Positions 9,172 to 17,897 of a stretch of 64,000 nt of DNA are shown here, in pieces. This stretch comes from a virus (Duplodnaviria > Caudoviricetes): IMG/VR virus record IMGVR_UViG_3300042691_031247; one strand, given 5' to 3'. The notes under the pieces were generated by a model, which was not told the origin of the DNA, did not search any database, and was given only the letters and a program-made list of their open reading frames with translations. The number at the start of each line of letters is the position of its first letter. The first letter of the stretch is position 1. Both the position numbers and the translations under genes were made by a program.

Positions 9172-9771
9172 TCAGTCTCCTTCTTCGTCTGTGTCGAGTT
9201 CTTCTTCAATTGTTTGCTCCACCCACTCGTCGATTGCAAACGCTTGTACAAGTCTCTTTGGTAATTTTTCTAGTTCGGCCAGATTGTCGGGTACGCTAAA
9301 CTCTTGAATGTCGCCGTTGCGGTAAATTCCGCAAAAACCTACGCCCGGCTCAAAGCAATAGGCTGTGATATCAAAACCCTCAACAATGCGCAGGTGGTCA
9401 AAGAACTGAATTGGCGGTGACCAAGCTGAATCGAAAACGAGTGTGATGTGTTTGGATTTTGGCGGCACGCGCTTTGGCGTTTGATCCGTTTCGCGCCCGA
9501 CGTCCCATTTCGTTCCCCAATGACCGACCTGCCAGTCGTACCAGTTTTTCGCCCCGTACAACTCAATGTTTTGCCGCTCTTGCGTCTCTAACGCGAGTTG
9601 CGCGTCAGACCCGGTAGGGCCCGCACAACCAGCTATAGTCGCTTTTAACTCGGCGGGGCACGGCAGAAATGTGCCCATAAGACAACCACTGTTCCATGCG
9701 CGCACTAACTTGTGCAACTGCTGCGGGTCGGTGTGTTTAAACGTAACTTTGTTGGCGCACCAGTTAGGCAT
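9172..9771 (-). CDS. DUF1281/YubB ferredoxin-like domain protein
   Basis: MPNWCAN start (ATG 9771), NWYDW...WGTKWDV, FDSAWSPP, EPGVGFCG. Confidence 0.8.
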   Translation of the reverse strand: MPNWCANKVTFKHTDPQQLHKLVRAWNSGCLMGTFLPCPAELKATIAGCAGPTGSDAQLALETQERQNIELYGAKNWYDWQVGHWGTKWDVGRETDQTPKRVPPKSKHITLVFDSAWSPPIQFFDHLRIVEGFDITAYCFEPGVGFCGIYRNGDIQEFSVPDNLAELEKLPKRLVQAFAIDEWVEQTIEEELDTDEEGD

Positions 9772-9782
9772 GTGTTCGCGCT

Positions 9783-9829
9783 GCAAGCCGCAGCTGCGGG
9801 GCTGTAACACCCCGCAGCCGCAGTCTTGC
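9783..9829 (-). other. Long intergenic hairpin (19 bp, two G.U pairs, one bulge)
   Basis: Minus strand GCAAG(A)CTGCGGCTGCGGGG / CCCCGCAGCTGCGGCTTGC; mismatches are G.U only on the minus strand. Confidence 0.65.
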
Positions 9830-9835
9830 TAGCAC

Positions 9836-11320
9836 TTAGCCCTTTGCGGGCGCAGCGACACGACGCGGCCGCTGCGTGGTAACGGCAGGCTTACCAACAC
9901 GCGTGTAAATACCGCGGTTGTCAGCCGACAGGCAACGACCTTCCGCCCAGCCGCGCAGACGCTCGATCTGCTCCGCCGACGTCACGGAGATCGGTACCAC
10001 GTTCTGCGCCGCTTCAACAAGCGGGATATCAAGCAGCGCCGCGAGACGGCAGCACGACTTGATCTCGGCGCCCGTCCAGTTGGCGTCGTCCGGCTTTTCC
10101 TGCGACTCATCTACGCCGAAGTGCTTCAGGTAGATATCCCAGATCGCCGCGCGCTGGTCAGCGCCGGGCAGATCCACGAAGAAGATACCGTCGAAGCGCT
10201 CGGCGCGGGCAAACGGCGCCGGCAGCTGGCTGGCGTCGTTGCAGGTACCGATGAAGAACACATCGGACGTGTGATCGTTGAGCCACGTCAGCAGCGTGCC
10301 GAACAGGCGCGCTGAGACACCGGAATCGGTCTGACCAGAGCTTCCGACGCCGGCAAGACCCTTCTCGATCTCGTCGACGAACAGAACGCACGGGGCCATG
10401 GCGTCGACCTGCTTGAGCGCACGCCGCATGTTACCCTCGGACTCGCCCACGAACTTACCCATGAGCGAACCGAAATCCAGCATTACGGTCGGCCGGCCGA
10501 CCTCGTTGCCAAGTGCTTTAGCAAACTGCGACTTGCCGCAGCCCGGAGGCGACAGCAGTAGCACGCCCTTGGGGCGCTTTTCTACGTTAGTCTCGCCCTG
10601 ACGCCGCATGGCGCGCAGGCAGAAACTCTTCAGGTTTTCGAGACCGCCAAGGTTCTCGAAGTTCGCGTCGCCGCGATACAGGGTCATCGTCCCACTCTTT
10701 TCGAGCGTCTGGGCCTTGATACCCCAGATCGTGTCCGGCGACAGCTTGTTGTTGCGCACCAGTGACAGCGCGAATGCGTTCTCAGCTTCCTGCCGGGTCA
10801 GGCCGCGAGAGGCGTCGACGACAGCAGCTACGTCCTGTTCAGTCGGCTTGGCAAACGGCGAGCCATCCGGGAACAGCTCGTTGCATACCGTGGTCAGCTG
10901 CGGAAGATCCGGCAGCTCGTGATGCACTACCGTGAACAGCTTCTCAACCTCGGGCTGAAGCTGCAGCACCGGCGCCACGATAATGATATGTTTACCTTCG
11001 CCCTTACCCTGCACCACACGGTTAGCCAGAGCCTGCAGAACCTCGGGATTACCAAGGAAGCGGTGGAAATTCTTCAAGACAAGCAACATCGGCTGCTTGG
11101 TTTGCGGCTGATCTAGAAACCGCAGCGCCTGAAGCGGACCGGGAGCCGGAGCAGAACCCGAATACAGTTGGCGGTCGATGTCCCACACATCAAAACCCCA
11201 TTCCTTCTCTTCAGTTACGCGACGGATCGACGCAATCGCGTCATCGCACTCCTGTGATTCAATCCAGATGCCGGAGAAGCCGGCGCAAACCAGCTCCTTG
11301 ATTTCTTTTTCGAGCGACAC
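9836..11320 (-). CDS. AAA+ ATPase, Ycf46/SpoVK-like, with degenerate N-terminal ATPase domain
   Basis: Walker A SPPGCGKS, pore loop KFVGESE, Walker B VLFVDEIEK, sensor-1 GTCN, Arg finger RAERFD. Confidence 0.92.
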   Translation of the reverse strand: MSLEKEIKELVCAGFSGIWIESQECDDAIASIRRVTEEKEWGFDVWDIDRQLYSGSAPAPGPLQALRFLDQPQTKQPMLLVLKNFHRFLGNPEVLQALANRVVQGKGEGKHIIIVAPVLQLQPEVEKLFTVVHHELPDLPQLTTVCNELFPDGSPFAKPTEQDVAAVVDASRGLTRQEAENAFALSLVRNNKLSPDTIWGIKAQTLEKSGTMTLYRGDANFENLGGLENLKSFCLRAMRRQGETNVEKRPKGVLLLSPPGCGKSQFAKALGNEVGRPTVMLDFGSLMGKFVGESEGNMRRALKQVDAMAPCVLFVDEIEKGLAGVGSSGQTDSGVSARLFGTLLTWLNDHTSDVFFIGTCNDASQLPAPFARAERFDGIFFVDLPGADQRAAIWDIYLKHFGVDESQEKPDDANWTGAEIKSCCRLAALLDIPLVEAAQNVVPISVTSAEQIERLRGWAEGRCLSADNRGIYTRVGKPAVTTQRPRRVAAPAKG

Positions 11321-11362
11321 TTGTGACCTTTGTAATTTGTTTTGTGAGAGAACCGGCTATTG

Positions 11363-11554
11363 TCAGTTGCTTTCAGCGATCTGCTCGTCATTGCTGGCGG
11401 TGTAAAACTCGCCCGTCAGCTGCTCATCAACCTTTGCGCCCAGCGCCTGCTCCAGCGCGCGGGTCGCGTCCTGACACGAACTACCGGTAAAGCCGCTCGT
11501 CTCGATCTTGGTGCCGCCCTTGGGGTCGACAATGATTTCGATGGTCTTTGACAT
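11363..11554 (-). CDS. DUF2997 family protein
   Basis: IEIIVDPKG.TKIETSGFTGSSCQDATRALEQALG signature. Confidence 0.85.
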   Translation of the reverse strand: MSKTIEIIVDPKGGTKIETSGFTGSSCQDATRALEQALGAKVDEQLTGEFYTASNDEQIAESN

Positions 11555-11556
11555 GT

Positions 11557-11922
11557 TTAGAAACCTCCCGTCAGGCTGAGTTTGACCGAACCGTCCGGCA
11601 GCATTTCCTCGAACACCGAGTAGCCGCCCTTCTGCGCTTCATAAATCGCCTTTTCCACCGCGTACGCCTGCAGGAAATGATCCAGCTCTTCCTGCTTACC
11701 CCACGCGCCGTTGTAGTTGTCGTAGTTCGCCGCGCCGGTTTCAGTATTAAACACGGCCGGGAACTGCCAGCCGGGAAGCTTCACGGCGAGACCGTCCGCC
11801 GACTGACCGGCAAACAGCACATGGTGCCCGGCCTTCGGGGCCTCAAGCCCGAGACGCTTGCAAGCCGCCTCAACGGCTGCCGCGTCCTTCACTTCCGTCT
11901 TGATCTGAACGATATGAGACAT
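11557..11922 (-). CDS. DUF1257 (Ycf35-like) family protein
   Basis: MSHIVQIKTEVKD...LQAYAVEK...GY...E...DGSVKL signature. Confidence 0.85.
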   Translation of the reverse strand: MSHIVQIKTEVKDAAAVEAACKRLGLEAPKAGHHVLFAGQSADGLAVKLPGWQFPAVFNTETGAANYDNYNGAWGKQEELDHFLQAYAVEKAIYEAQKGGYSVFEEMLPDGSVKLSLTGGF

Positions 11923-11923
11923 G

Positions 11924-12241
11924 TTAGCCTCTTAGATCCTTTTCTTTTAAGTGTTGTTGAAGTGCGCACACGATCGTGCTTTCAAATACTTCGGGCGTGA
12001 TATAATCGTTGCCCTTGAAATAATTTAATACCGCAACTGCAGTGTTACGGTCATACATCGTGTCAAATACGCGCGGGCCGCGCTGCGTGTCTACGCGATA
12101 CTCAGTTATGTCATGTAATGTGACAATTTCTGGTATAGCGATCACGTCGCCGTATTTTTGACGCAGTGCGTCTAGCGCATCTAGCGCCGACAAAATTCGC
12201 TCACGATCTTTGTTAAATTGATCTGTGGTGTATGGCGTCAT
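11924..12241 (-). CDS. Hypothetical protein
   Basis: Start moved to ATG 12241 (ATGA overlap with the upstream stop); AT-rich. Confidence 0.6.
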   Translation of the reverse strand: MTPYTTDQFNKDRERILSALDALDALRQKYGDVIAIPEIVTLHDITEYRVDTQRGPRVFDTMYDRNTAVAVLNYFKGNDYITPEVFESTIVCALQQHLKEKDLRG

Positions 12242-12591
12242 CGATACGCCACAACCTCGGCGCGCGTCTCTACCCATACGTGCGCGCCGCAAGAAAGCGG
12301 CGCGTCTGGCGAATAGACAACGCGTGAGTCGCCGCGAACGTCTACGTTTTTTGCCGCGTACGTTTTGCTGCGCCACTTGATTGTCAGCGGCGGCACGCGC
12401 AAGTTTTGTTTTTTATTGTCGCGAATTATGTGCTGGTTAACGTGAATACGTTTAAGCGTACCAGCCGGCATTGTCATTTCATCGGCGTCGCCCGGGAAAC
12501 GCAGTGGAATACGGGGCTCAAGTAGGCAGACGTCGTCTGTCGCCATTGGGTAAAGATATTTATCTGCGTCGGTGCGGTCGTCCGTGACCAC
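12238..12591 (-). CDS. Conserved phage protein (KRIHVNQHxIRxN...PLSCGAxVWVET); true start may be 12477 or 12471
   Basis: Motif recalled from many phage genomes. Confidence 0.7.
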   Translation of the reverse strand: MVTDDRTDADKYLYPMATDDVCLLEPRIPLRFPGDADEMTMPAGTLKRIHVNQHIIRDNKKQNLRVPPLTIKWRSKTYAAKNVDVRGDSRVVYSPDAPLSCGAHVWVETRAEVVAYR

Positions 12592-12613
12592 AACCGGACG
12601 CGGATAAAACAGC

Positions 12614-13492
12614 TTACGACGCGACTACCGAGCGCAGCTTCTTGTGCTCGGCCAGAATATCGCCGGCCATGTCGTAGCAGCCGTCACAGGCAGCCAGAAA
12701 CGCCGTCGCAGCCTTAAGCTGATCCATCGGCAGCGTCGTCGAGCCAGTCGGAGCCTTGGCTACAGGGCGCTTCGGCGCGATCTTGGCCGGCTCTTCTTTC
12801 CTCTTGTGGCGGGCCGCGTCGCGGCTGCGTTCGTCACCGGCGCCTACGGTAGCGCCGCGCTTTGCCGGCGCCGCGCCGGCCTTCTTCAACAGCTGGCTCA
12901 CCTGAGCCGGGCTGACCGTTACACGCTTCTTGGCGAGCGCCGACACGATATCGACACCGCGGAGCGAATCGCCAGATTCTTGCCGACGCTCGATCTCCTC
13001 GCGGATGTGATCGGCGCCGCTCTTCTTATCGGCCATATTCTTCACCTTCCCTTTTCGGGTCTTGGTCGCCTTGGGCGCCTCGACCGTGTCATCGTCTTCG
13101 TCGGCTTCCACAGTGGAGTCGACAGCTTCGTCCGAAACCTCGTCGCCCGCTTCGGGTTCGTACTCGGTTTCATCGTCGTCTTCATCGTCATCAGCCGCGA
13201 CTTCTTCGTCGGTCAGCTTGGCGGCCGTCTCGCGGACGTCTTCGCTACCTTCGTCTTCGTAGTCGGCGTCTGCCGCCGCATACGCTTCCTCGTCGTCGGC
13301 TGCGTCTTCTTCAAGCTCGGCGTCGACATCCGCGTCGATGTCTTCGTCATCGTAATCTTCTGGTGTCGCGAACCGCATCCGTGTGGTTCCTTTCTCTTTC
13401 TTTTCTTTCTCTGCAGGAGCCTTGCTGGTTGCGCCCGGCAGGGGTTTGCCCCACAGATTTGCCGGACTCACAAATTCTTCAGCTTTGGCCAT
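12614..13492 (-). CDS. Protein with a long Asp/Glu tract and a planctomycete-type K/A-rich, probably DNA-binding C-terminal domain
   Basis: Acidic tract of about 100 aa, then KSGADHIREEI...LAKKRVTVSPAQVSQLLKK...MDQLKAATAFLAACDG; strong AGGAG SD; high GC3. Confidence 0.75.
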   Translation of the reverse strand: MAKAEEFVSPANLWGKPLPGATSKAPAEKEKKEKGTTRMRFATPEDYDDEDIDADVDAELEEDAADDEEAYAAADADYEDEGSEDVRETAAKLTDEEVAADDDEDDDETEYEPEAGDEVSDEAVDSTVEADEDDDTVEAPKATKTRKGKVKNMADKKSGADHIREEIERRQESGDSLRGVDIVSALAKKRVTVSPAQVSQLLKKAGAAPAKRGATVGAGDERSRDAARHKRKEEPAKIAPKRPVAKAPTGSTTLPMDQLKAATAFLAACDGCYDMAGDILAEHKKLRSVVAS

Positions 13493-13600
13493 AGCGTCCT
13501 CTCCTAAAGCGCCGCCGGCCGAAACATTTCGGCCTCGTTGTGCGGCTAAATGAAAAATACACCGCCGGATACAAAAATCAACTATTGTAGAAAACAGCCG

Positions 13601-13963
13601 TTATTTGCTGCTTCTGTAGTTGTCCGGCACGTTGCCGTCTTCGGTGCGGAGCATACCGGCGTTTAGCTCGGGCCACTTCTCCAGCGAGTGGATAGCACCA
13701 ATGACATTCCACGCAGCGTGGGCCAAATGATCCTCGCTGCGATCGCCGTTCAGGAAATTGTAGATGTGCGCAATGGCATGATTCAGCAGATCCGCAACCG
13801 GCATACCGTTTTCCCAGTTGTACGGGCCAAACTTTTCAGCCCCTTCGTGGTAAGTCTGAGCAAGCGCGCGCAGACCAATCGGCGAAATTAGATCGTAGCG
13901 TACTGCGTCGCAATCGGCGCTGCGTACGGCGCCAGTGACATACTCGTGGCGTTCGTTGCTCAT
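13601..13963 (-). CDS. dATP/dGTP diphosphohydrolase-like protein (DUF5664 type)
   Basis: RYDLI...GAEKFGPYNWENG...DLLNHAIAH...EDHLAHAAWN. Confidence 0.85.
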   Translation of the reverse strand: MSNERHEYVTGAVRSADCDAVRYDLISPIGLRALAQTYHEGAEKFGPYNWENGMPVADLLNHAIAHIYNFLNGDRSEDHLAHAAWNVIGAIHSLEKWPELNAGMLRTEDGNVPDNYRSSK

Positions 13964-14271
13964 CAGAGATAACCTTCTTGTCGGAAAGCAAAGTAGAGCC
14001 GCGGCTCGTCGTTGAACGCAACCGTGCCTCGAACGCCGTCAGACTTTCGAATCACGTGCACGTACGGCGGTTCAAAGTGAGACACCTCAAACGTGTCCAA
14101 CAATTGTTCGCTGTTCCAGACGTCTTCGCCGCACTGCTCTCGCAGCACAGCGCGTATTTCGTCTAGTCCGCGGCGGTCGAGCTGTTCTTTGATAACATTG
14201 CGCAACATCACATGCCCGATATCGAGCGGTATCTGCGTTGCGAGTTCTTTAGCTTTGGGTGATGTCGGCAT
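13963..14271 (-). CDS. Conserved hypothetical protein (W..EQL...FEV..F..PYVxVxRKxDGVxG...F...PRxYF)
   Basis: Motif recalled from planctomycete proteins; start moved to ATG 14271. Confidence 0.65.
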   Translation of the reverse strand: MPTSPKAKELATQIPLDIGHVMLRNVIKEQLDRRGLDEIRAVLREQCGEDVWNSEQLLDTFEVSHFEPPYVHVIRKSDGVRGTVAFNDEPRLYFAFRQEGYL

Positions 14272-14647
14272 TTGGTTGTGCAAGCTTGTCCAGTTCGTCT
14301 TTCTGTTGTTTGAGTTGCTCTGCGACGTGCGCCGCATACTGGTCAAGCATCCGAAGCTGGCCGACAAGATCTTTGTGGACGTCGACACTAAACAACGAGA
14401 GTCGGCGCAGCAGCATGAGTAGACTCGCCGTGAACGGCGGCTCTTTGCTGCGCAAACTCAGTAGGCCGGGCGGCGCGTTCTCTGGTTGAGATGTCCACAG
14501 CGGTACAAGCGCGAGCCCGTGCAACTCTGGCACGGCGGCCATCACTTCGTTGCAGAACTCTTCGCCGCGCCGCATGAACTCGACGTCAAACGGTAGGCGG
14601 TCAGATTGAATTTCAGATTGCTGCTCAGGTTGCTGCGGCGTATCCAT
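14249..14647 (-). CDS. Hypothetical protein with C-terminal coiled coil
   Basis: 132-aa ORF; AAGGA SD. Confidence 0.65.
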   Translation of the reverse strand: MDTPQQPEQQSEIQSDRLPFDVEFMRRGEEFCNEVMAAVPELHGLALVPLWTSQPENAPPGLLSLRSKEPPFTASLLMLLRRLSLFSVDVHKDLVGQLRMLDQYAAHVAEQLKQQKDELDKLAQPNADITQS

Positions 14648-14660
14648 TAAACATCCTTTG

Positions 14661-15008
14661 TTATTGCGCGTAGCGCGATTCCTTTGGGAGCACGCCGTCG
14701 ATTACGTTACCGAGGCGTGTAGCTGCGAGGCTGTAGATCACTACCCGAACGGCAGTCTCGACCATACCGCCGATTCCGGTTCCTGCCAAGAGCAGCAAAA
14801 ATAAGTACAATGGCGCGTGATATGACTTGCAAAACGGGCAATTGATCAGCTCTAGGAGCTTCCCTTTTGCCGTGTTGTACGGGGTCACGTCCTGCAGCGC
14901 CTGCGCGTAAGCCCGCGCCGTTTCGAACAAAGAGCCTTTATGCCACACCTCGATGATTGCGCCGGCCGCGAGGGTGACAGCCAAAAAGTCTAGAGCCGTG
15001 ATTGTCAT
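14661..15008 (-). CDS. Membrane protein with CPFC motif (DUF1360-like)
   Basis: Hydrophobic segments flank LLELINCPFCKSYH. Confidence 0.6.
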   Translation of the reverse strand: MTITALDFLAVTLAAGAIIEVWHKGSLFETARAYAQALQDVTPYNTAKGKLLELINCPFCKSYHAPLYLFLLLLAGTGIGGMVETAVRVVIYSLAATRLGNVIDGVLPKESRYAQ

Positions 15009-15187
15009 CGGCGTTTTCGTTTGGGTTGATTTGCAGTGTAGCCGTTCATAAAACAGGCGCCACTATAAATCGCTCCGGCCGCCATAAGCAAGCCCGCAAA
15101 ACCGACTTGCGACATCGCGCAAACGCCGGCAAAAAGCATGAGGGCGGCGTAACCGGAAAAAGTTGCGTTCGGATCTGATTGCGACAT
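15005..15187 (-). CDS. Small two-TM membrane protein with basic tail (holin-like topology, function unproven)
   Basis: Two hydrophobic stretches, C-terminal PKRKRR. Confidence 0.5.
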   Translation of the reverse strand: MSQSDPNATFSGYAALMLFAGVCAMSQVGFAGLLMAAGAIYSGACFMNGYTANQPKRKRR

Positions 15188-15412
15188 TTACGGAGCCTGA
15201 CTGTCGCCGTGCGGCCACACCTGTGTTCGAGTTGTGTCCGGCGCGGCAGGGTTAAATTGATAGTAGGGTAGCGGCAACGGCGCCTCAAGTTTAAGATGGT
15301 TTACGGCGTTATCGGGTAGGTAGACCTGCGGACCCGGTCCGCGGCGTGTGCCTTCTGTGTAAATCTGTTTGCGTTCTTGATACAGCTTTGCAGAGCGTCC
15401 GACGTTAGCCAT
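15188..15412 (-). CDS. Hypothetical Pro-rich protein
   Basis: GGAGG SD; first gene of a minus-strand block divergent from terL. Confidence 0.65.
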   Translation of the reverse strand: MANVGRSAKLYQERKQIYTEGTRRGPGPQVYLPDNAVNHLKLEAPLPLPYYQFNPAAPDTTRTQVWPHGDSQAP

Positions 15413-15624
15413 ATAACCTCCAATAAGTACGCGTCCGGGTCACCGTTTAGTATACCCGGCCGCGCATTGATTACTTGCGAGTCGTTTCTTTGGCGGCTGC
15501 CGCTGCAACTTGACACATGTAACCAAGTACATTTGCCAGCCCAGCAAGACCGTATATGAAAACATGTCCCGTGTATTTGAGACTGTCTTCAACCCATTGA
15601 AACTCTGACTCACTACTGCCGTTA

Positions 15625-17550
15625 TTGTGGTTCATGGATAAACCTGATCAAACAATTACTGAAGCGATTGACATGCCGTCCGCCGGCGTGCAATCACTTC
15701 TACAAGAATTAATCTCAATTGATGTGACGGATGTACATTCTGTTCACGCGCGAGCTGGTGTGTTGCAACAGCTCGCCGGCAGACATGCGTTTCCGTCGCT
15801 CGAACCTATTTTGCCGTTGGTTCTGAATCTTAATGGACGCCCGTACAGCATTCAGAATCATATGCCTTTTTCCCCACTTTTCCGGCTACTGACACCGAAA
15901 AATCAAGTGTGGTGCACGGGCCGTCAGGTATCAAAATCGACCAGCCTAGCAGCGCACGGAGTTGTAGTTGCCAACTCTCTCCCGTTTTTCAAAACGTTAT
16001 TCATCACACCGTTGTACGAACAGATACGCCGGTTTTCGAATAACTATGTGCGTCCGTTTATCGATCAGTCTCCTGTGAAGTCGCAATGGAGCGGCACGAC
16101 GACCGAGAATTCAGTTCTGCAAAGATCGTTTAAGAACAACTCAATGATGTTGTTCAGCTTTGCGCTTTTAGATTCGGATCGTATACGTGGTGTTTCTGCA
16201 GACCGCGTGTGTATCGACGAAGTTCAGGACATGGATCCTGATCACGTGCCGATCATTCAAGAAACGATGTCTTACTCCAAATGGGGAACTAGTTATTACA
16301 CAGGAACTCCGAAGACGCTAGATAACTTAATTTACGGATTGTATAAACGATCATCACAGGCCGAATGGTTTATACCGTGTCATTCCTGCAAGCACTGGAG
16401 CATCCCTTCGCTTGAGTATGACTTGGACAAAATGATCGGCCCGTACAGCCCGCATATCAGCGAGAATTATCCGGGCACCGTCTGCGCTAAATGTCAGAAA
16501 CCGATCAGCCCAAGGCATGGTCGGTGGGTGCATAGATATCCCGAACGCCGCTGGCAATTTGCCGGGTACCACGTACCACAGATGATACTGCCGCTTCATT
16601 TCTCCGACCCTGAAAAGTGGTCAACTCTATTGTTGAAGAGAGAAGGGTTTGGGAACATGACCCAAGCCCAGTTCTACAACGAAGTAATGGGAGAAAGCGT
16701 TGATACCGGTCAGAAGCTCATCAGCGAAACTGATTTGAAGGCTGCGTGCGTGCTAGACTGGGAAAACAAGAAAGAACCAGACCCTAAGTGCTTTGCAAAT
16801 CTCTCGAACTACAAACATCGCATCCTTGCGGTCGACTGGGGCGGCGGCGGAGAAGCAGGTATTAGTTTCACCGTGCTTGCTGTGCTGGGGTTCCGCCCGG
16901 ATGGGACCATCGACACGCTTTGGGCCAAGCGCCTGCTTATTGGCGGCGATCATTTGGCCGAAGCTGTTGAATGTATGCGCTGGTCTAACTTGTTTAATTG
17001 CGATTTTGTCGCTCACGATTACACGGGCGCCGGCACGGTCCGCGAAACGGTCATGGTGCAGGCAGGGTTTAATCTAGAGCGCGTCTTGGCGATGCGGCTT
17101 GTTCGTTCCGCATCGCAAGATTTGATGGTGTTCAAACCACCGACAGAGATCAATCATCGAGCACACTATAGCCTCGACAAAACGCGGTCGTTGCTGTACA
17201 CGTGTCAGGCGATCAAGCTGAAGCAAGTCCGTTTCTTCCAGTACGACTGGTCGTCACAGGATTCGCCGGGCTTGGTGTCGGACTTTCTTGCGTTGGTAGA
17301 AAGTAAAGCCGAGTCTAGACTAGGCGGCGATATTTATACCATTACAAGGAACACGTTGTTGACTGACGACTTCGCGCAAGCTGTTAACCTAGGCTGCGCC
17401 GCTCTTTGGCACGTGAATAACGCGTGGCCTAATTTCGCGGAGATCGCTGGCGTAGCGCGGTTAAGCGAGCGTGTTGTCAAAGCCGAGACGCCGATGGATG
17501 ACGACTGGGCGGATGACTCCATCGGGCGAAGCTACTTTGGCGGTTACTAG
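15625..17550 (+). CDS. terL: Terminase large subunit (lambda gpA-like ATPase plus nuclease); start may be ATG 15634 or 15673
   Basis: Walker A variant GRQVSKST, Walker B VCIDEVQD, TGTPK, CHSC...CAKC zinc motif, GYHVPQM, QFYNEVMG, nuclease AVDWG. Confidence 0.9.
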   Translation: MWFMDKPDQTITEAIDMPSAGVQSLLQELISIDVTDVHSVHARAGVLQQLAGRHAFPSLEPILPLVLNLNGRPYSIQNHMPFSPLFRLLTPKNQVWCTGRQVSKSTSLAAHGVVVANSLPFFKTLFITPLYEQIRRFSNNYVRPFIDQSPVKSQWSGTTTENSVLQRSFKNNSMMLFSFALLDSDRIRGVSADRVCIDEVQDMDPDHVPIIQETMSYSKWGTSYYTGTPKTLDNLIYGLYKRSSQAEWFIPCHSCKHWSIPSLEYDLDKMIGPYSPHISENYPGTVCAKCQKPISPRHGRWVHRYPERRWQFAGYHVPQMILPLHFSDPEKWSTLLLKREGFGNMTQAQFYNEVMGESVDTGQKLISETDLKAACVLDWENKKEPDPKCFANLSNYKHRILAVDWGGGGEAGISFTVLAVLGFRPDGTIDTLWAKRLLIGGDHLAEAVECMRWSNLFNCDFVAHDYTGAGTVRETVMVQAGFNLERVLAMRLVRSASQDLMVFKPPTEINHRAHYSLDKTRSLLYTCQAIKLKQVRFFQYDWSSQDSPGLVSDFLALVESKAESRLGGDIYTITRNTLLTDDFAQAVNLGCAALWHVNNAWPNFAEIAGVARLSERVVKAETPMDDDWADDSIGRSYFGGY

Positions 17551-17897
17551 AAAAGCCGCCAGCAATAGTCTTCGATAAATTTTTGCATCGGGCGGTGATC
17601 GCGAATCTTAGAGTTTTCGATAACGTCGATTACTTCGCGAGCCGCGTCAGCTAACGCCGCAGCAGCCTCCGTGCAATCCATAGACGAATCGTACAACTCC
17701 CAACCGGCGCCTGATCGCGGGATCGACGGCTCTTTGCCGTCAAACGCGTCAGCAATCAACCGCTGAAATACGCCGTCTGGTTCCGTGTCGAGCGCGCCAA
17801 ACTTGCGATACTTCGTTTGCATGTGCTCAAACCTACGAACCGCTTCGCGAAGTTTCTCCACCGTCAGCGTCATTGGAGTCGTTAATAGAGTTGACAA
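17547..17897 (-). CDS. Hypothetical protein (start may be 17873)
   Basis: ORF converges on terL with a 4-nt overlap. Confidence 0.6.
   Translation of the reverse strand: MSTLLTTPMTLTVEKLREAVRRFEHMQTKYRKFGALDTEPDGVFQRLIADAFDGKEPSIPRSGAGWELYDSSMDCTEAAAALADAAREVIDVIENSKIRDHRPMQKFIEDYCWRLF

Noticed and set aside
9836-11922. High-GC AAA module as a separately inserted island
   Set aside because: I saw no flanking direct repeats or transposase, and the sheath gene shows the same bias, so expression-linked codon use is an equally good explanation
12644-13507. Long plus-strand ORFs opposite real genes (also 1359..2081, 2130..3161, 6391..6954, 25270..25854)
   Set aside because: They are antisense to genes that have SDs and recognisable motifs, and their translations lack plausible composition
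15005-15187. Lysis cassette
   Set aside because: The small two-TM protein is holin-like only in topology, and no endolysin or spanin is recognisable nearby
15510-15515. TTGACA upstream of terL (and another at 23046-23051) as promoters
   Set aside because: No acceptable -10 hexamer lies 16-18 nt downstream, and the second is inside coding sequence
15625-17550. Intein or intron in terL
   Set aside because: The ATPase, zinc and nuclease motifs follow at normal spacing, with no C...HN splice motifs or LAGLIDADG blocks
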